Shown in pieces: positions 24,046-35,752 of a stretch of 42,218 nt of DNA. The stretch is from NCBI RefSeq assembly GCF_001194135.2, contig NC_068983.1:29870112-29912329 (forward strand). Direction: 5' to 3'. Numbering within the stretch: the stretch's first letter is position 1; every line of letters starts with the position of its first letter. The translations under genes and the position numbers were made by a program. This stretch comes from Octopus bimaculoides (taxonomy: Eukaryota). Under the pieces are notes generated by a model, which was not told the origin of the DNA, ran no database searches, and was given only the letters and a program-made list of their open reading frames with translations.

Positions 24046-24167
24046 AGGAAGAAATATTTAACACTCACATGCACACGCGCACAGACACACATACACACAC
24101 ACACACATACACACATGTATACATATGTTTCTCCCACTAAAAACAGGATTGATAACAAATTTTTTTT

Positions 24168-24173
24168 AATAAA
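24168..24173 (+). promoter_or_regulatory. Candidate polyadenylation signal for MRM2
   Basis: First AATAAA after the stop; the region is A-rich, so chance occurrence is possible. Confidence 0.35.
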
Positions 24174-24644
24174 ATTTAAAAAAAAAATTAAAACATGCAT
24201 AAGAGTTTTAAAAAGTAAAAAAAAATACAATTTTTTTTTTAAAATTTAAAAGTTATTAAAAAGAAATGAAGGAAATTTTAAGATTCAAAGAAAAAGGGGG
24301 AAAATATATAAATATTTAATTACAAAGCTGAAAATAAAGAAAAAAAAACGTATTTTTAATGTTCCTTTAACATATTGTAGAGGCAAAGGCTGGGAGTGAA
24401 AAGGAGGGTTAAGAAATAGAAAACTGCTGCTACCACCACCATTTGACTTGTCAGTACTCCCATTGTATTTGTATATTGATACTCTTTGTCAATATTGCTA
24501 AACAGCTTGAGGGAAATAAACAAAGCTATGACCAAGCTGCAGTGTTTTCAAATACTTTTTCTTGTACTTTCTCTCTCTCTCTCTCTCTCTCAACATTTCT
24601 TGTTCTACATCTCATCTATTCCTTTTTCTGCTTCATCTCTCTCT

Positions 24645-25027
24645 CTTTACTCTTTTACTTGTTTCAGTCATTTGACTGCGGCCATGCTGGAGCACCGCCT
24701 TTAGTCGAGCAACTCAACCCCAGGACTTATTCGTTGTAAGCCTAGTATTTATTCTATCAGTCTCTTTTGTCGAACCGCTAAGTTACAGGGACATAAGCAT
24801 ACCAGCATCAGTTGTCAAGCGATGTTGTGGGGACAAACACAGACACACATATACATATATACGATGGGCTTCTTTCAGTTTCCATCTACCAAATCCACTC
24901 ACAAGGCTTTGGTCGGCCCGAGGCTATAGTGGAAGACACTTGCCCAAGGTGCCACGCAGTGGGACTGAACCCGGGACCACGTGGTTGGTAAGCAAGCTAC
25001 TTACCACACAGCCACTCCTGCGCCTAT
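24645..25027 (-). mobile_element. SINE family A, full-length, young
   Basis: Complete head (ATAGGCGCAGGAGTGGCTGTGTGG on -) and (CTCTTTTA) tail; CpGs retained. Confidence 0.9.
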
Positions 25028-25292
25028 GTTAATCATTTCTCTGGTTCTTTCATTCTCTTTTATACAGCTCAACTGAAAGTAATGCTCCAGGATGGTCTCA
25101 CTCTCGCTTTCATACTTGTCAAACTCTAAAAGTTTTNNNNNNNNNNNNNNNNNNNNNNNNNNNNNNNNNNNNNNNNNNNNNNNNNNNNNNNNNNNNNNNN
25201 NNNNNNNNNNNNNNNNNNNNNNNNNNNNNGCAGTGATGAAAGATGAATAGGTGAAGGAGACTGTAGAATGCTTGGAATGGAATGATCTAGAT

Positions 25293-25567
25293 CAAGGGTT
25301 TTCAAACTTTTTGCCTTGCGGACCCCTTTATATTTCAGGCTTTACCTTAGGGACCCCCTTATAAACACTTATGAAATTTATACATAAATATTTGCTTAAA
25401 ATAACATATTTTTACATTTATTTATTTAACAGTATTTAACAAATAGGTTTATTGTCAATTAAAAGATTTTGATTAAAAAACATATATAAAATCAAATTGC
25501 CCATAAAAAGTATTTGCTGTCCACAGACACCGTCTTGTCCTTGCAGACCACAGTTTGAAAACCCCTG
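25293..25567. mobile_element. hAT (Charlie-type) MITE, 275 bp
   Basis: TIRs CAAGGGTTTTCAAACT / AGTTTGAAAACCCCTG; perfect 8-bp TSD ATCTAGAT (25285-25292, 25568-25575). Confidence 0.9.
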
Positions 25568-25762
25568 ATCTAGATTGATCTGCAAATTCAGGGGAAAAAA
25601 TAGCTCTTAAATTGAATTCGTTCAAAAGAATAAAGGGTTTTGTTTTTTATAATCTCTTGAAGAGGATGACCCTAGGGCCCCCAAGACAGTTATAGAAAAG
25701 GAGAAAATTATCCTCAAACCAAAACCCAGCCCAAATGCTTGCAGCTGTGGATTCCACTAGAG

Positions 25763-26354
25763 CAGTGATTCTACAATAGTTGCTTATACTTCTACAACAT
25801 GCAAAATATTTTTTTCATTTTTTATGCAATTCCTTATATTCTTTTACTCTTTTCAGTCATTTGACTGTGGCCATGCTGGAGCACCGCCTTTAGTCGAGCA
25901 AATCGACCCCAGGACTTATTCTTTGTAAGCCTAGTTCTTATTCTATTGGTTGCTTTTGCTGAACCGCTAAGTTACGGGGATGTAAACACACCAGCAGCGG
26001 TTGTCAAGCGATGTTGGGGGACAAACACAGACACACAAACATATACACACACACATATATATATATGTATATACATATATACGACGGGCTTCTTTCAGTT
26101 TCCGTCTACCAAATGCATTCAAGGCTTTGGTCGGCCCGAGGCTATAGTAGAAGACACTTGCCCAAGGTGCCACGCAATGGAACTGAAACTGGAACCATGT
26201 GGTTGGTAAGCAAGCTACTTACCACACAGCCACTCCTAATTATAAAAACATAATAGGATTTTTTTATATACATCAAATGGCTATGGAGGTCCTGTAGAGT
26301 AAAACAGGAATGAATCAAATTGGCAAAAACAAAAAAAATAGTTGAGAATCACTG
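25763..26354. mobile_element. hAT MITE interrupted by a family A SINE
   Basis: Ends CAGTGATTCTACAA / TTGAGAATCACTG; 8-bp TSD CACTAGAG / CACTAAAG (7/8). Confidence 0.75.
25838..26237 (-). mobile_element. SINE family A nested in hAT MITE
   Basis: High similarity to 24645-25027. Confidence 0.88.
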
Positions 26355-26992
26355 CACTAAAGAAACTTAGATGATGGTGTTAAACCAGTTGACAGTTGAA
26401 GTCTGCCACTCAAGAACAGGATCAGTTCTTCTGACAGTGTTCTACACAATTTCTATCCACTAAATCTCACAAATATTTGGTCGAATCAGTCTTAAAAGCT
26501 AAACGTTTGCTTAGTCGATGCTTAATTGAAACTAGAATTTACAGAAGAAAAAGTGATATGGTGACAGTCGTCTCATTTGTGTTAAGCTATTTCGAAAAGC
26601 TCATTCTCGTGTGAAAACTGAATACAAGAACAGAAATATGTTATAATGAGGTTCCTTTCTTTTTTTTTTTTTTCCTTTACTGTTTTACTTTTTTTCCATG
26701 CTAGTATGGTTGGAGAAGAGTCTTTTAAGGACTAATCCTTTCTGCTAAAAGGTGATAAAATGAAAACAGATCTCGCACAAATTAAAGGTGCAAGCAGAGT
26801 TATGTCCCTTGTTCAGAGTCGCAAACTGGCGATTAGGTTTCAAATTTATGACCCAGCAGCTTTTCAACTCGTAGCCATTGAGCTTTGTATATTTTAGTTA
26901 GAAAAGTTCATAAGTCCAATAACAGCATTAGAATTTTCATTTTGACACCTTTGAGATGATGTTATCTCATTGGATTCGATAAATAGCTATAA

Positions 26993-27330
26993 TATAGACC
27001 CAGACAAGACTGGTTAAAAAAAACTTGCTTTGCAACCACATGGCACCAAGTTCAGTTCCACTGTACAACACTTTGGATAAATGTCTTCTATAGCTTTGGA
27101 CTTGTGAGTAAATTTGATAAACGGAAACTATGAAGAAGCCTGTTATAATTACACATGTGTGTCTTTGTGTTGGTTTATGTCCCCCATAACTTAACAATTC
27201 AGCAAAAGTGACTGGTGGAATAGATACCAGACTTGAAAGAATAGGTATTGGTGGGGTTTATTTGATTGAAACTCTTCATGGTGGTGCCCCAGTATGGCCA
27301 CAGTCCAATGACTAAAACTAATAAAAGACA
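26993..27330 (+). mobile_element. Older, decayed SINE family A copy
   Basis: CTTGCTTTGCAACCACATGG...GTTCAGTTCCACTG head; CCAGTATGGCCACAGTCCAATGACTAAAAC tail. Confidence 0.65.
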
Positions 27331-27959
27331 ATGGCTTGCAATATTTATTATTTAGCTCCTGGACAAGAAACATATCTCTACTTTCCTCACTTCACCTGGC
27401 TGACAATAGATTCTATTTTTACCTCACAACTGAAGTCTGAAATGGCACCCAGCCATATCAATAATTGCTTGAACAATTTGTGTATTCTTCAGAGTTATTC
27501 CACCCACCATATTGGCATGAAAACATGCGAGGCAAGAGCTAAAAGCATCTCATTAAAATAATTGATGGTAGACGTTTAAATTATGTGAAGTTCTCAAAGA
27601 CTCTTTTTGCTGAATTACTAAGTTAAAGGGTTTTGTTTTTTTTTTAATCTCTTGAAGAGGAATAGTACTGATGACCCTTTTAAGGGGAATAATACTGAAA
27701 CCCAGCAAATCCGGTCAAACCACCTGACTGATATCAGCATGGGACATAGATGTTAAATGATGATGGTGTGTGTATATGTATATTATTATTATTATTATTA
27801 TCATCATTCTCCTATGGGTTGGACAGTTTTACCAGAGCTGTCGAGAATAAGAGCTGCACCAGGTTTCGGTCTGATTTGGCTTAGTTTCTATGGCTGGATG
27901 CCCTTCCTAATGCCAGATGCTTTTTACATGGCACCTACATAGGGATCTTGCAGACCATT

Positions 27960-28038
27960 TCTCTTCAGCAGTGGGAGCATCGTTAACACACTTCTATGGA
28001 GAACGGAAGTGTTAATACCACTCCTCTTGCTGAAGAGG
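27960..28038. repeat. Imperfect ~79-nt hairpin
   Basis: TCTCTTCAGCAGTGGGAG...TTAACACACTTC pairs with GAAGTGTTAA...CTCCTCTTGCTGAAGAGG; one 4x4 internal loop, one 2-nt bulge and an 11-nt loop. Confidence 0.7.
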
Positions 28039-28050
28039 AGATACATATAT

Positions 28051-29291
28051 ATTGGGTTATCCCATTGATAATGCGGTTTTCTTTATACTTCCTTTATTTT
28101 TCAAAATTGAGATAAAGTTCTTTTTTATTCTAAAATATAGTCTCCTTCATTTTCTACAATGCTCTTCCATCTATCTGGTAGACTTACAAGGCCCCACTTC
28201 CAAAATTCACTTGTCCATGATTAAAAAATACTCTTCCAGTACTGTTCTGACCTCGTCTACAGAATTCATTTTTTCCATCCAAATATTTTGAAGACTGCGG
28301 AATAAATGATAATCAGATGGGGAAATGTTCGGTAAATATGGTGGACAGAGCATCGTTTCTCATTCAAACTGCTCCAGCCTTTGGAATATCATCCTCGCTG
28401 AATGTGGCCAAGCATTATCCTGATGGAAGAACACCTTTTGTCTTGAAACCAAACATAGTAATTTTTCTTCTGGTGTTGACTTAAGCCACTCAAGCTGCTT
28501 GTAGTAGATTGCCTTTGTTATCATTTGATTTGGGTCTAAAAGATCAAAGTGGACTAAGCCTTTCATATCCCACCAAACAGATAACAACACCTTACATGGG
28601 TGAAGACCTTATTTAGCCTGGGATGCTGATGTTTTTCATTTCTCTATCTACTGTTTTCAGTGCTTTACATTTTTATAGAAAACCTGTTTCTCATCACAAG
28701 TCATTATTCAATCCCAAAAAATGTTCATTCATGAGACGTGACAGCAAAGAAGAGCACACATTCACTCTCTGCACACAATTAGACTTGGAAAGTTTGTGAG
28801 GAACCCATTAATCCAATTTGCTGACTTTTCCGATGGCACGCAGTTGTCGCTGAATGGTTGAATGACTAAATCCAAGCTTCTCTGCTAGAGTTTGCAGGAT
28901 GTCCTCATCGAGTTCTACGGATCTTCCAAGATGAGGCTTGTCTTTTAGGCTGTAGTTTCCCACTCAGAATATCTGGAACCACTGTTGACACTGGTTTACA
29001 CTTATTGTCTAATCCCCATATACTGCATTAATATTCCTTGCACTTTCCATTGCGTTGTTGACTCTATTGAACTCAAAGCAAAATATGCTCCTTTGTCACT
29101 TCCATTATAGCTTTGGAAAAATAACTGTTAAAATCGAACTGTACTCTTCAAAACTTGCACTAGGAATAAATACAAGGTAAAATTACTACCTGCTTTTATA
29201 GTAAGTGGATGCAGGTAGTTTATCCCGTCCCTCTCTGTCTTTTAGTTCATGCAATTGAAAAAACTGCATTATTTATGGGCTGATTCAAAAT
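28051..29291 (-). mobile_element. Full-length decayed mariner transposon (DD34D), ~1.24 kb
   Basis: Imperfect TIRs ATTGGGTTATCCCATTGATAATGCGGTTTT / AAAACTGCATTATTTATGGGCTGATTCAAAA in TA context; transposase motifs WVPH, MTCDEK, LSVWWD, FHQDNAWPH, SPSDYHLF with 34 codons between 2nd and 3rd D; multiple stops and frameshifts. Confidence 0.9.
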
Positions 29292-29432
29292 ATATATATA
29301 TATGGTAGGCTTCCACACTCTGTCTCCTCTATCAAAATACTCTCACAAAGCATTAGTCAGTTCAAGGTTATTGGTCTGAGGTGCTGCACAGTGGGATTGA
29401 ACCCAAAACTACATGGCTGCAAAACAGCCATA

Positions 29433-29823
29433 TACTCTTTTACTTGTTTCAGTCATTTGACTGTGGCCATGCTGGAGCACCACCTTTATAGTCGAGCAAA
29501 TCAACCCCAGAACTTATTCTTTGTAAGCCTAGTACTTATTCTATCGGTCTCTTTTGCTGAACCGCTAAGTTACAGGGACACAAACACACCAGCATTAGTT
29601 GTCAAGCGATACTGTGGGGGACAAACATATACACACACATACATATATATATATATACGATGGGCTTCTTCCATTTTCCGTCTACCAAATCCACTCACAA
29701 GGCTTTGGTTGGCCTGAGGCTATAGTAGAAGACACTTGCCCAAGGTGCCGCTCAGTGGGACTGAACCCGGGACCATGTGGTTGGTAAGCAAGCTACTTAC
29801 TACACAGCCGCTCCTGCACCTAT
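29433..29823 (-). mobile_element. SINE family A, full-length
   Basis: High similarity to 24645-25027; preceded by a decayed partial copy (~29305-29430). Confidence 0.88.
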
Positions 29824-30028
29824 GCACCTTTGATTTTTCTTGAAATATTTTTTGAATAAAATCTTGGTTTATTTTATATTTGTGATTTCACATTACAAAA
29901 AGTGGTGGGCTGGCAGAATTGTTAACATTCAGAGCAAAATGCTAAGCAGCATTTCATCCATTCTGAGTTCAAATTCCACTGAGGTTGACTTTGCCTTCCA
30001 TCTTTTCAGGGTCGATAAAATAAATACT

Positions 30029-30191
30029 AGCATTTTTTTAGCATTTTTCTCTGATCATTGATCAGAGAAAAATGCTAAATAAAATTTCAAGCCTGCTATT
30101 TTCCCTGCTAAATGCTATATTCAAAACTTTTCTGCTAAATGCTGAATAAAATGCTAGCTCTAGCATAAAATATGCTAAATTGGCAACCCTG
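30029..30191. mobile_element. Truncated DNA-transposon end (terminus TGGCAACCCTG) containing a perfect 21-bp-arm palindrome
   Basis: Reverse complement CAGGGTTGCCA is a hAT-type terminus; repeated TGCTAAAT subterminal motif; palindrome at 30037-30079. Confidence 0.5.
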
Positions 30192-31380
30192 CCGGGGCCA
30201 TACCAGGTTCCATAGTCTATTTTGGCTTTGTTTCTTCAGCTGGATGCCCTTCCTAACATCAACCCCTCTACAGAGTATGCCAGATGTCTTTTACATGGTA
30301 CCAGCACCTACACGAATGCTTTATGTGGCACTTTGGTTTTAGGATCTCAATTCTGTTGTGGGGTGAGTGGGTCTTCTTGAGTACATCAATATGTCATATA
30401 TCTTAGTCCTCTGTCATCTTCGTAAGGTGCAGTGTTTTGAGATCAGCCTTCAATACTTCATCCACACACGTATCACATATCACAACTAATTCTGATTGAC
30501 TAAATATCTTGAACTTCATGCATACCTGGACAAAGGAACCAGTTGTTCACTTAATCCCAAATCAGCTCAGAATAAGCAGACTTATGATCAAAGCCATTCC
30601 AGCAATGGCCATCCTGTTTGATATAATTTTTTTCTTTATATCTAAACTACATTATCCAGCATGTCCTTTTTTTTTCAAAACATAGTAAGGTATGACTTTA
30701 ATGAGATTTGGCAGCTGTTTCTAACAAATCAACAGACCATGTAATGAGACTCTTGTAATTGCTTGCACACAAGAATAAACAGAGCATACTTCCTGTTGCA
30801 CTTTATTGGAGTCGTAACAATTTATTGCTGAAAATGGGCATGATTAAAAAAAAAGTTCTCAAATTGTCAACACGTTTGAAGCTTTGTACTTAAGAATTAC
30901 TGCAAGTGAATAGATAGCTAGATCAGGACGTTTTCAATTGAACTAATAACACTTAAGATGATTATCATACATGTATTTGCAATTTAAACCTAACAAACCA
31001 ACAAGAGGGCTTCTACATGGTCACTTGACTTGCTAGAAATAGCAACCAAATTATCCTCAAATTATACCCAACTGCCTTAACAAAGAAAGAACATATAACA
31101 TAAGGTAACCAAAAAAAGAGTGGATAGTCATAGAATGCCCTTGACCATAATAAATCTGCACACCCAAGGTTGATTTGGAAGTAAACAACAAACAAGCTTA
31201 AATATGACTCTGCTAGAGTCACTTATAAGCTTGCAAGTAGAAGCTAAATGTATAACATGTATGTATTAAAAGGCAGCATCCAACAGTTTCTCAAAGCCTT
31301 TGCAGTCATTTTTAACTAATGGTTGGATGAATTGCAGAAATCTCTATAATTCTTTATAGTCACTGTGTAACTATACAGAA

Positions 31381-31806
31381 ACCGTCCGAGCGTGATCATT
31401 GCCAGAGCAGCTGTCTGGCTTCTGTGCTAGTGGCACGTAAATAGCACCATTTCAGTGTGCTCGCTACCAGCGTCGCCTTACTGGCACTTGTGCCAGTGGC
31501 ATGTTTAGAAAATCATTCGAGCGAGGTCGTTGCCAGTGCCGCTGGACTGGCTCCTGTGCAGGTGGCCTGTAAAAAACACTATTTTGAGCGTGACTGTTGC
31601 CAGTACCCGCCTGACTGGCCCTCGTGCCGGTGGCACGTAAAAGCACCCACTACACTCTTGGAGTGGTTGGCGTTAGGAAGGGCATCCAGCTGTAGAAACT
31701 CTGCCAAATCAGATTGGAGCCTGGTGCAGCCATCTGGTTCATCAGTACTCAGTCAAATCATCCAACCCATGCTAGCATGGAAAGTGGACGTTAAATGATG
31801 ATGATG
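31381..31806 (+). mobile_element. SINE family B with internal tandem subunits
   Basis: Repeated GTGGCACGTAAAA.../TTGCCAGT units followed by the conserved 3' block and (GAT)n. Confidence 0.88.
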
Positions 31807-32481
31807 TTTAGCTTTTACATACATACAAACAAACAAAGCATGAAGTCAGGAAGTATGAGAAGTATAGATAGATTTATTTTTCCATATGATTTCCAAATGC
31901 TTACAACTGTTTCATAACCTTCTTCATGCGTTATTAATTGCAGTGTACAAAAGTTATACACACACGTTTGCATCAATATGTAGGTTCAGCATTATGCAGT
32001 ATAATTGTATATTCACAAATTAATGTAAATAAAGAAAGCTAACCCATTAGATCACCAGAATCTGCTGCCATGCTGTGGCACTACCTTGAAGGAATTTAGT
32101 TAGATGGATCAACTGCAGTACTTATTTTTTTCCTTTAAGCCTGGTACTCATTCTGTCAAAGTTACAGAAACATAAACAAACTAACACCAATTGTCAAAGA
32201 ATGGTGATGGAGGAGGGGGAAAACATAATACAGAAACATAGACACATGGATATATATACACATGAACAGGTTTCTTTTGTCGAACTGGAGAATACCACCC
32301 ATTCCAGTTTGAGTTACTGTCTTGCAGACCTTGACATATTTTCTATTATTTTGTTCTACACCAGTTGTATTAATTGTGGTTTTTGCAATCAGGGAGGACA
32401 GGGGTCTTAGTTTTCTCACTTTCATTTCTTCTTTTTGTCCCATCTTTTGCATCAAACTTCTTTGTGTTTTTCTTCTTGTTT

Positions 32482-32516
<35 letters not shown>

Positions 32517-34398
32517 CTTATTTTCTTACTGTCCAGCATCCTTGTTTTTAAAATATATATAATGCGTAAACAGAGCCTGAAAGATTGCTAGGTGTATCTT
32601 ATGTGGTGTATTTTATAAATATGCCTAGTTAAAGTATCATAAAAGCATGAAACTATTTGTGACTCTTTCAGTTGTGTATTAAATTGATACATACGACAGG
32701 CTTCTTTCAGTTTCCATTTACCAAATCAACTCAAAAGGCTTCAGCTGGCACAGGGCTATATTAGAAGACACCCAAAGTACCATGTAGTAGTACTGAATCA
32801 GGAATTATGGTTGAAAAGAAAACTTCTTACCACACAACCATGTCAGTGCCTATAAGTATGTACATATCACTTCATTCGCAGCCACACATGCTACTTCATC
32901 CTGATATACAGTCTCAGAACTGAATGATAAACTGCCTTTCTACATCTCTGCTAGCCATGTAAACTCATCTAATCTTTGGCTTCTACTGCCAAGCCCAACA
33001 TTTATCACTAACAGTCTTATCTAAAATACTATTTCATAGTTGTGTTCTGTTCTGTCATCGTTAAGCTTTTTTGTTGTAAACAAACTAAATACTTCTAGTA
33101 ACTCATAATATCTCAGTTATCACTTAGTTTTGTAATTGCATATTTTCCCTGGCTGTCAGTGAAGTAGTATACTTTAATATAGCATAATGGCAATAGCAAA
33201 GCTTAAACGCTTTACTCTTTGGTCAATGGCCTAGTAGCCATAATTAAGTGGTTGGTTTCAGGAACTGTATGTCTAGATGTTGAAATGCTTGCTTCCTGAC
33301 TTCATTTTTTGACCTAGCCAACCTATGATACTTGATGAAAGACAAGACTCAAAATGTTAGATTTTTACACTTTTTGCACAAATGGAGCTTGCCAAATTTT
33401 TTCTGTGAACCCTGGTAAGTTTTAATGCTTTTAATGTAGAAAGCTTTTAAAAGCTAACAATAAATAATTAATGTAGTGAGACAGGTGGACAGATAATCGA
33501 GATCGTGTTAACATATTTAATATAGAAAGTTTTAAAAAGCTAACTAATGATAATTATGTGATGTGAGAAAAACCAATATTTGTCTATAGTTAACGTATTT
33601 AGGATTGTAAGGTGATGAGTTAGCAGAATTCTTAGCATGCCAGGAAAAGTGCTGAGCAGCATTTTGTCCATCTTTATGTTCTGAGTTCAAATTAAACCAA
33701 GGTCAACTTAGCTTTTCATCCTTTTGAGATCAATAAAAATAAGTACTAGTTGAACAATGGGGGTCAATTTACTTGACTCAGCCTCTCCCCAAAACCTGCT
33801 GGCCTTGTGCCAAAACTTGAAACCAATATAGTCAGGACTGTACTATTCAATGTGCCCATCTCTTTTTAAGATAGTAAGGTGTGATTTTAGGGAGATTTGG
33901 CAGTTGTTCATAGCAGGTCAAGTAGCTATGCTCCCTTGTTGGCTTGATCAAATATTTGTCTCTTTCCTTTGTTGAATTCTAAGTTTTTGACTTTCATACC
34001 ATCAGATATTTGCATTGATCTAGTATTCAATAAAGCAAAAACTTTCTTGATTTGCATCCTTTATGAATAAAAAGCAACAACAAAAAAATCAAATATTCTT
34101 TGATTTTTTTATAGTACTTTTAACTTTTTTATCAGCCTTCATCTTAAAATAGTACTTTTTCTTTGACTATAAATCATTACTTTTATTAAATTTGCATCTA
34201 GATCCTGTACAAATTCAAATGTTACTGAATTACAGGAAACAATTGTTAACTCTTGAAAAATATGTAAGCTGATGGTCACAAGCAGATTGCTTAGTGGTGT
34301 TATTCTTATGAATTAATTATTTCACGCTTTTTGTAGCTAGTTGTTCTTAAGAACAACAAAACCCCAACTTGGCTTTGATTAAGTAGACTCATCAAAAG

Positions 34399-35215
34399 CA
34401 TCATCATCATCATCATCGTTTAACGTCCACTTTCCATGCTAGCATGGATTGGACGATTTGACTGAGGACTGGTGAACCAGATGGCTACACCAGGCTCCAA
34501 TCTGATTTGGCAGAGTTTCTACAGCTGGATGCCCTTCCTAATGCCAACCATTCAGAGACTGTAGTGGGTGCTTTTACGTGCCACCGGCACAAAGGCTAGT
34601 CAGGCGGTACTGGCAACGGCCACGCTCAAAATGGTGTATTTTATGTGCCACCCACACAAGAGCCAGTCCAGGGGCACTGGCAACGATCTCNNNNNNNNNN
34701 NNNNNNNNNNNNNNNNNNNNNNNNNNNNNNNNNNNNNNNNNNNNNNNNNNNNNNNNNNNNNNNNNNNNNNNNNNNNNNNNNNNNNNNNNNNNNNNNNNNN
34801 NNNNNNNNNNNNNNNNNNNNNNNNNNNNNNNNNNNNNNNNNNNNNNNNNNNNNNNNNNNNNNNNNNNNNNNNNNNNNNNNNNNNNNNNNNNNNNNNNNNN
34901 NNNNNNNNNNNNNNNNNNNNNNNNNNNNNNNNNNNNNNNNNNNNNNNNNNNNNNNNNNNNNNNNNNNNNNNNNNNNNNNNNNNNNNNNNNNNNNNNNNNN
35001 NNNNNNNNNAAGTCTCCGCAAGCTGAGTTTTGTGTCCAATGAAGGAGACGACGTTGGCATGGGTGCCAGTCGTCGAATTTAGTTCAATTTCGATTTCACT
35101 TGCCTCAACAACTCTTCGCAAGCAGAGTTTAGTGTCCAATGAAGGAAAGGTACGCATAAGTAGGCTGGCTACACCCCTGGCAGAAGCCTTGGATTTAGGT
35201 CTCACTTGGCTTTCT
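34399..35215 (-). mobile_element. SINE family B spanning gap 34691-35010
   Basis: (CAT)n tail and 3' block at 34399-34690. 35011-35215 is GC-richer sequence with an internal duplication (GTGTCCAATGAAGGA x2), inferred to be the 5' part of the same element. Confidence 0.7.
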
Positions 35216-35711
35216 TTCATAAATAGTGTACTCTAAACTAGATAATCCAATGTGCTGAGCATTGATGTCTTGAAATAATTTTCTTCATTCTGCAGAATGA
35301 AGTCAAGCAGTTTCTTTGTGACTTAACACATCTTCACTTCCTTACCCTTACACTCCCTCATTCCCCTTCATTATTTTCACTTAATCACCCATATACTTCA
35401 TTATTTCTCAATTCCCCTCTCTATAAAGATATGTATTTTCCTTCCTTTTTCCTCTTAATCAAAATCGGCCTCAGGCTCTTCTCTTCATTTCCTAACGTCT
35501 CACCCCCCCCCCATATACTTTGCTACTATACACGAATTCCTCCCCTCTCCTCTCCTCTCTCTCTTTCTCTCTCATTCTCCCTCACTCCCTACATCTACTA
35601 TTTCATTATGTCACTCTTCTAATTACTCCTTCTCATCAAGGAGCTCTGTCTTTCAGTTTTCCACCTCTTCTCTCTTACTCTATTATTTACAGGTACTTGA
35701 GATAGTCCCCT

Positions 35712-35712
<1 letters not shown>

Positions 35713-35749
<37 letters not shown>
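35713..35749. repeat. (AAT)n microsatellite
   Basis: Direct inspection. Confidence 0.95.

Positions 35750-35752
<3 letters not shown>

Noticed and set aside
24160-24420. A-rich stretch after the MRM2 stop as a retrocopy poly(A) tail
   Set aside because: The gene retains its intron and the stretch is mixed low-complexity A/T, not a clean tail with a TSD.
31381-31650. CRISPR-like repeat-spacer array (also 39210-39440)
   Set aside because: Units are contiguous and degenerate with no unique spacers; eukaryotic context and no cas genes.
32162-32591. Overlapping ORFs of 62-125 aa
   Set aside because: Driven by a poly-T run and low-complexity sequence; no recognisable motif.
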